Source of the DNA: Methanobacterium sp.
Lineage (GTDB): Archaea; Methanobacteriota; Methanobacteria; Methanobacteriales; Methanobacteriaceae
Assembly (NCBI GenBank): GCA_003166335.1
Contig: PMWA01000083.1
Span: forward strand, 1-22,600
Direction: 5' to 3'
Length of the DNA stretch: 22,600 nt
Shown: positions 17,372 through 22,600 of the stretch, piece by piece
How the letters are laid out: the number at the start of each line of letters is the position of its first letter
Position numbering within the stretch: position 1 is the stretch's first letter
Notes under the pieces: model-generated
The model's input: the letters and a program-made list of their open reading frames with translations, nothing else
The model's database searches: none
Told to the model about the DNA's origin: nothing
Translations under genes and position numbers: made by a program

Positions 17372-18727
17372 GTGAATAATATAATGCATCAAAGCGAAGC
17401 AAACGAATACATTGACATGGCTAACACCTATTACCAACAACAAGAATACCAGGAAGCCATAAAATACTATAAAAAAGCATTAAACCACTTCAAAGACATA
17501 AAAGATGAAACAGAAAAAGCCGACACCTACCTAAACCTAGGCAACACTTACCTGGCCTTAAAAAATTACCATGAATCACTAAAACAATACCATAAATCAA
17601 ATAAAATATATAAAAAAAGTAAAAACCGAGAAGGAGAAGGATACAGTCTCACCGGCATCGCACTCAACCATGAAAAACTAGAAGACCACGACCAAGCCCG
17701 AGATTACTACCAACAAGCCGCAGGTAAATTTAATAGCATAAACGACACTGAAAGAGCCGGCATCGTACACTCCCTAATCGCCAACACCTACGAATCCCAA
17801 GGAGCCTGGGAAGACGCCATACTAGACTACCAAAAATCCACTCAAATATTCCATAAAATCGGCGACACAGAACGAGTAACCGAAATCAACAATAAAACCG
17901 AAGAACTTAAAAATAAACGTGGAAGACTCAAATTAACCCGTTTAGAAATAACCAGTCTCATAATCTACCTACTCGCATTAATAACCGCTGAATCCACCAT
18001 CCTATTCCATAACATATCATTCGGATTATCACTGGAAGCCGTAATACTATTCGCCCTATTAATACATTCATCCCTCACCAAAGGATATAACCTCAGTATA
18101 CTACTGCGCAGTATGATGGCATTACCCATCATAAGAATCATCGGATTATCTATACCCTTACTACAAATACCCACCCTATACTGGTTCCCCATAATCGCAA
18201 TACCATTATTTGCAACCAGCTTCACCATCATGAAATCACAAGGCTTAAGCAGAAGAAATGTGGGATTAATCTGGGGAAACATACCATTACAACTACTAAT
18301 CGCCAGCACCGGTATCCTACTCGGCTGCATCGAATACACTATACTACAACCCAAACCATTAATCGCCACCCTCAACATCGAAACACTCATCTTCGCCAGC
18401 ATCATACTCATCATAAGCACCGGATTAGCAGAAGAACTACTATTCCGGGGAATACTTCAAAAGAACGCTCAAAACGTACTTGGACCATTATACGGTTTAC
18501 TATACACTGCATTGCTGTTTACTGCACTCCACATTGGATGGAACAGTTTCCCAGATTTAATATTCGTATTCAGCGTCGGACTATTCTACGGAATCGCCTT
18601 CTACAAAACCAAAAGTATAATAGGAACCACCCTTTCCCACGGCATATCCAACAGTTTCCTCTTCCTAATCGTACCCTTCTACGCACCCCTACTCTACAGC
18701 ATAATCCACAGCATATTAACACTATAA
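17372..18727 (+). CDS. Fusion of N-terminal tetratricopeptide repeats to a CPBP (CAAX/Abi, Rce1-like) intramembrane glutamic endopeptidase; start may be ATG 17384
   Basis: About four TPRs in residues 10-175 (A..YY.KAL, Y.NLGN.Y, A..YYQQA, A.TYE.QG.WEDAI..Y.K). The multi-TM C-terminus carries EELLFRG, FTALH and HGISN. Confidence 0.9.
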   Translation: MNNIMHQSEANEYIDMANTYYQQQEYQEAIKYYKKALNHFKDIKDETEKADTYLNLGNTYLALKNYHESLKQYHKSNKIYKKSKNREGEGYSLTGIALNHEKLEDHDQARDYYQQAAGKFNSINDTERAGIVHSLIANTYESQGAWEDAILDYQKSTQIFHKIGDTERVTEINNKTEELKNKRGRLKLTRLEITSLIIYLLALITAESTILFHNISFGLSLEAVILFALLIHSSLTKGYNLSILLRSMMALPIIRIIGLSIPLLQIPTLYWFPIIAIPLFATSFTIMKSQGLSRRNVGLIWGNIPLQLLIASTGILLGCIEYTILQPKPLIATLNIETLIFASIILIISTGLAEELLFRGILQKNAQNVLGPLYGLLYTALLFTALHIGWNSFPDLIFVFSVGLFYGIAFYKTKSIIGTTLSHGISNSFLFLIVPFYAPLLYSIIHSILTL

Positions 18728-18822
18728 AAAAAAACAAAAAACTCTAAGATAAAATACTCTTTTTGTAAATTTTCAAACAATTTGCTAAACTAAAAATTAA
18801 CATAATTATTAAAAAATTTTTA

Positions 18823-18930
18823 TTACTTTAATAATAAATAATATTCAGATGGTTGTGTTAAGATGACCGTAAGGACACTTAAGGATTCTTTAAACCAATT
18901 ATAAACCCGTATTAACTTAAACAAAGACAT
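18823..18930 (-). CDS. Candidate 35-aa small ORF
   Basis: MSLFKLIRVYNWFKESLSVLTVILTQPSEYYLLLK*. It covers a locally less AT-rich patch and an A5T6 tract follows the stop; the SD is weak (GCGGT). Confidence 0.3.
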   Translation of the reverse strand: MSLFKLIRVYNWFKESLSVLTVILTQPSEYYLLLK

Positions 18931-19095
18931 AATAACCGCTTATAATATCAATTTTTTTATTTACATTCATTTAATTAAAATTATTACTTTTTTAATAAAT
19001 TTAAAATTTGAAAGTAAATTTTCATTTCTTCTTCAAACCTATATTCTGGTGTCATATAATGTGCTCATAATGTTAACTTGATGTTAATAATTATG

Positions 19096-19218
19096 TTAAA
19101 ATGTCGTAGGTTCTACAGCTTGGTTGGCGTAAACAGGCCCCGTCAGACCATAAACATCCAATAGCAAGTCTCCAAAAAATAGGATTACAGATTCCTCACT
19201 AATAATTTCAAAACCCAT
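19096..19218 (-). CDS. Candidate 40-aa small ORF
   Basis: MGFEIISEESVILFFGDLLLDVYGLTGPVYANQAVEPTTF*. SD GGTGA is 6 nt upstream and TTTATATA lies at 19308-19315 on the minus strand. The ORF coincides with a GC-richer island. Confidence 0.45.
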   Translation of the reverse strand: MGFEIISEESVILFFGDLLLDVYGLTGPVYANQAVEPTTF

Positions 19219-19402
19219 CAATTCTCACCATCATTATATTATACATAACGTTTATGACGGATTGATCAACCTAACCCAGAAATCCTTGAAAATCCATAAA
19301 TATTATTTATATAAAGATCAAAGACCCCTAAATATATTTTAAAAATTTATATCCCTAAAAAAAAAATTTTATAGAAATAAAAAAAAATAAATATAAATCA
19401 TT

Positions 19403-19579
19403 CTAATGCTTTAAAAATTGGTAAAGTTCATAAACACCATCTATTAACATTACAAAACCTATTAATCCCACTAATAAATTTATAAACTCTGGTAACTGTA
19501 TTAACTTGAACTCAGAAACCACTAATAATATTACACCAACAATTATCAAAATAATATTTCTATAAATTTTTTGATCCAT
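19403..19579 (-). CDS. Small two-TM membrane protein (58 aa)
   Basis: MDQKIYRNIILIIVGVILLVVS...INLLVGLIGFVMLIDGVY. Start moved to ATG 19579, which follows GGGTGGA; the gene is 47 nt downstream of the signal peptidase. Confidence 0.7.
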   Translation of the reverse strand: MDQKIYRNIILIIVGVILLVVSEFKLIQLPEFINLLVGLIGFVMLIDGVYELYQFLKH

Positions 19580-19626
19580 AATAATACATCCACCCAAAAT
19601 AATTTTTTTCAATTAATCAAACGTAT

Positions 19627-20061
19627 TTAAGTAACGTTTTTTACCCATAAAAATAAATTACCCACTCCGGGTATAGTTACAGGCTTTCCACTCCAATAAA
19701 CAGCTTTACCAATAACCGCGTTAGTAGGGACCAATGCAGGATCAACTACAGAATTATTATCACCCTTCAATACATAATATTTTTGTCCACCCGATTCATT
19801 TATAGCCACCACTCTATGAATAATATTCTCTGAAACTCCTGATGAATTCTTTTCATAAACAATAACATCACCTACTTTTATAGTTTCAGGATTTACTTCA
19901 TTTATCATACCCAAAACATTATTCTTCTCAACAAGCACCATATCACCCACCTTAATAGTAGGAGTCATACTAGATGTGGGCACTACCACTAATTGAGATG
20001 CAATGATCAACGCCACAATAAATATAGGAATGGCAATAGCTAATTCTCTAAGAAGAGACAT
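19627..20061 (-). CDS. Signal peptidase I, archaeal/ER type (S26B; Sec11/SipW-like)
   Basis: N-terminal TM, box B VPTSSMTPTI..GD (catalytic Ser), GDVIVY, box D IIHRVV (catalytic His), box E KGDNN...D and VIGK...IP.VG. Confidence 0.93.
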   Translation of the reverse strand: MSLLRELAIAIPIFIVALIIASQLVVVPTSSMTPTIKVGDMVLVEKNNVLGMINEVNPETIKVGDVIVYEKNSSGVSENIIHRVVAINESGGQKYYVLKGDNNSVVDPALVPTNAVIGKAVYWSGKPVTIPGVGNLFLWVKNVT

Positions 20062-20154
20062 TTTTAAGTCAAACCCCCTATTAAAATTTTTATTTTCAAT
20101 ATAAATTTATTTTTATTCCACATTTTTATAATATCTCAACAAAATTTTTTTCTT

Positions 20155-20763
20155 TTATAAATACATTACATTATGCACATAAATGGGTGTATAATCATTC
20201 CGGTACGCATGCCAGTAACCATAATCTGATATTATGATTATACGGTTATTTTCTTTTTGTAGACTATAATTTCCTAAATAATTTGTTTCTTGACCATTAA
20301 TTGTGAAATTTCCCGTGAAATTTTTACCATCATTAACGAAGGTTCCATTACCTGTCCAGGCTGCACAGCTCATATTAAAAACACCCGATAACTTAGTATT
20401 GAAAACTGCATTTGCCAGATTCATAGTGAAAATACTCTTAACACTATCAAAGGTAATATCTATAGTTTCAACTTTTCCAGTACCAGATATTCCATTACTA
20501 GTATAATCCAGGGGACTTTCCGCTTTCTCCGCTCCTGGTAACATCATATGGAAATTAAAATTCTTACCCAACCCATTAACATTGAAAAATCCATTAAGTG
20601 AAGCAGTTGCATCTGAATTGGATGGAATCACGGCAGACATAGTGTAATTATAAGGTACTTTTTCAAATAAGAATCCATCAAAAACTGGTTGAGTAGCCAC
20701 CAACAATAAAAAAACCATAATAAACACGACAATAATTGATGTAATTACGATTTTTTTATGCAT
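20155..20763 (-). CDS. Exported or membrane-anchored beta-rich hypothetical protein
   Basis: MHKK followed by a hydrophobic helix, then alternating G/N/F/T strands (GTGKV, GVFNMS, WTGNGTF, FTGNFTING) and many N-x-S/T sequons. Confidence 0.78.
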   Translation of the reverse strand: MHKKIVITSIIVVFIMVFLLLVATQPVFDGFLFEKVPYNYTMSAVIPSNSDATASLNGFFNVNGLGKNFNFHMMLPGAEKAESPLDYTSNGISGTGKVETIDITFDSVKSIFTMNLANAVFNTKLSGVFNMSCAAWTGNGTFVNDGKNFTGNFTINGQETNYLGNYSLQKENNRIIIISDYGYWHAYRNDYTPIYVHNVMYL

Positions 20764-20803
20764 AAAATTTCACGATTTTATAAATATTTCAAATAATTTT
20801 TTT

Positions 20804-21523
20804 TTATAAAGTCACAATTTGACATAATACCGGTGATACTAACGATTTTATAGTAACTGAGCCATCACTGTTAATGGTGAAACTCTCCTGCTCATACACA
20901 CTTCCACCCGTATTTATACTACTGAAATATTGCTGACCATTACTTGGATTTGATGAATAAGTAATCTCACTATTTTTAATATTATTAGGAAGCTGTTCTA
21001 CGGGAATCCCGGGATATTGAGAGTTAAATAAGTTAGCATTCTGCGTTCCATCACCAGAATAACCTTGAACATTCAAATTAAGAGCATCACTACCGCCTGA
21101 ACTGGGTTTCAAAATATTTTTATAAGCCGAGAAAGTGAATTGACTACCAGCCGGAGCAGGTTGATCAAAATAACCCAAAGCTTTTGATAAATCAAATGAA
21201 ACATTACCCCCAGGTTTTATCCACATATTAATATATATTTCCTTTGAACCATTTCCCGTGCTTAAAGTGGCTGCAACATGATCCCAAGACTGTCCATTAT
21301 TTTGAAAATACAACATAGTGTCCTCATGACTTTGAGGTAGCACAGTAATTCCCAACCCTAAAATTAAAAAACTACCCAGTAAAGTAGCTGTACCTACAAC
21401 AAGACCAGTACCACCGATAGCAGCAAGGGGACTAGCTAAAGCCACTACTATGCTCTTTAAAAATGCAAATATAACATGAAAAGCATGCAAAATTATTTTA
21501 GATAATGGTTCATCTCCAGCCAT
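20804..21523 (-). CDS. Exported hypothetical protein with a long (about 60 aa) hydrophobic, Gly/Ala-rich N-terminus
   Basis: Start moved to ATG 21523 (MAGDEP...), which follows GGGGGAAG. The hydrophobic region runs to about ITVLP and is followed by an S/N/G/Q-rich, charge-poor, beta-type domain. Confidence 0.78.
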   Translation of the reverse strand: MAGDEPLSKIILHAFHVIFAFLKSIVVALASPLAAIGGTGLVVGTATLLGSFLILGLGITVLPQSHEDTMLYFQNNGQSWDHVAATLSTGNGSKEIYINMWIKPGGNVSFDLSKALGYFDQPAPAGSQFTFSAYKNILKPSSGGSDALNLNVQGYSGDGTQNANLFNSQYPGIPVEQLPNNIKNSEITYSSNPSNGQQYFSSINTGGSVYEQESFTINSDGSVTIKSLVSPVLCQIVTL

Positions 21524-21671
21524 ACAAAAACTTCCCCCAACCAAAGTAAACAATAATTATTCATTATTTACTCATCAATTTTTATGTGTTATGATAATTT
21601 TTAAATATACTATTTCCTATTTAATATAAAACCACTATTTATATTAGTACGTCGATACTACCTTAAATCAA

Positions 21672-21685
21672 TAAAGTTTATATAA
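21672..21685 (+). promoter_or_regulatory. Candidate BRE/TATA box for the adhesin-like gene
   Basis: TAAAG-TTTATATA, about 195 nt upstream of the ATG at 21879. Confidence 0.5.
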
Positions 21686-21878
21686 ACAACTTCAACCGGG
21701 GTAAACTAATTTTTTATATCAGTAAGAATTCAACCACTTTCTATTAAACTTTTGTGGGTGATTCTCATTCGAACACATGAAAATGACCATTAACAGGAAA
21801 ATAAATCTATGAAACCCCTAAAACCTAAAGATAACCAATTATTTTTGAAAAAATTGAAAAAGGAGGTGAAAAAAAAGT

Positions 21879-22600
21879 ATGAACAAAAAAACATTCTTAT
21901 GCATGTTTCTCGCTCTAAGCATGGCAATCATCTTCTCAGGCGCAGTAGCAGCCGCCAACGACAATACTACAAATAGTAGCACGACATTTAACCTGAATCA
22001 AAGCATGGCAAGTCAAACAGTAATAACCAATAATTCATCAAGCAGTTCTACATTATCAAACACATCAAAAACAAATAATCCAGACCCTATAGTAGTAAGT
22101 ACGGGACTTCATTTTCCCACTATTAGAGGTGCTGTTAACAATGCAGCAGACGGTGATACTATAATATTAGAACCCGGAACCTATGCTGGAGTTGATAACA
22201 GTAATATTGAATTAACTCACGACCTAACCATAATAGGAAGCACTGATAGTTTAAACCCAAGCATAATCGATGCAGGAAATTTAGATACAATATTCTTAAT
22301 CGACCCAGATATTACCATCACTCTGGAGTACATAACATTCGAAAACGGATTTAGTGATGCAGGTGGAGCCATCTACAATGAAGGTAATCTTATTATTAAA
22401 AACTGCTTATTCAATGGTAACCACGCAGTTAATGATGGTGGAGCCATCTATAATGATGGAACACTTACCTTATCATCAGCTAATTTAAACGATAACATTG
22501 CAGATTACGGTGGAGCCATATACAACGATATAGATGGTTCTATAATTGATACTGGCAGTACATTCACTAATAATAATGCAGATTACGGTGGAGCCATATA
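21879..22600 (+). CDS. Adhesin-like surface protein with right-handed beta-helix (PMP-like GGAI/FxxN) repeats; 3'-truncated by the window and absent from the ORF track
   Basis: Perfect SD AGGAGGTGA (21861-21869). Signal peptide MNKKTFLCMFLALSMAIIFSGAVAA; N/S/T-rich linker; TI..AV..A.DGDTI.L.PGTY; repeats GGAIYNEG, LFNGN, GGAIYNDG, NIADYGGAIYN and FTNNNADYGGAI. No stop before the window end. Confidence 0.93.
   Translation, partial: MNKKTFLCMFLALSMAIIFSGAVAAANDNTTNSSTTFNLNQSMASQTVITNNSSSSSTLSNTSKTNNPDPIVVSTGLHFPTIRGAVNNAADGDTIILEPGTYAGVDNSNIELTHDLTIIGSTDSLNPSIIDAGNLDTIFLIDPDITITLEYITFENGFSDAGGAIYNEGNLIIKNCLFNGNHAVNDGGAIYNDGTLTLSSANLNDNIADYGGAIYNDIDGSIIDTGSTFTNNNADYGGAI

Overview
AT-rich chromosomal window from a methanogenic archaeon, most likely Methanobacterium or a relative. 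This assignment rests on an HMf-type histone, a short archaeal purA, an A1-U72 tRNA-Gln, GGAGGTGA ribosome-binding sites and TATA/BRE promoters. In order, the window holds: the 3' end of a sensor histidine kinase; a startless gene remnant; two tandem YbjQ-domain genes; a truncated GT-C glycosyltransferase; tspO; a pyridoxamine-oxidase-like flavoprotein; an ArnT/PMT-like glycosyltransferase; a 56-aa membrane ORF missing from the ORF track; an isochorismatase-family hydrolase; the histone; purA; an ectABC ectoine operon; a small helical protein; tRNA-Gln(CUG); a secreted glycoside-hydrolase-like protein with three Ig-like repeats; cbiF with a DUF166/ferredoxin gene; a GT2; a TPR-CPBP protease fusion; two candidate small ORFs; a cluster of two exported proteins, a Sec11/SipW-type signal peptidase and a small membrane protein; and the start of a GGAI-repeat adhesin-like gene. 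The most notable observations are the missing canonical start codon of ectA, the C33 and mismatched anticodon arm of the tRNA, the signal-peptidase cluster (a possible dedicated surface-filament system), and the TPR-CPBP fusion facing small-peptide ORFs. No CRISPR array, transposase or integrase was seen. All family assignments come from motif recognition by eye, not from database searches.
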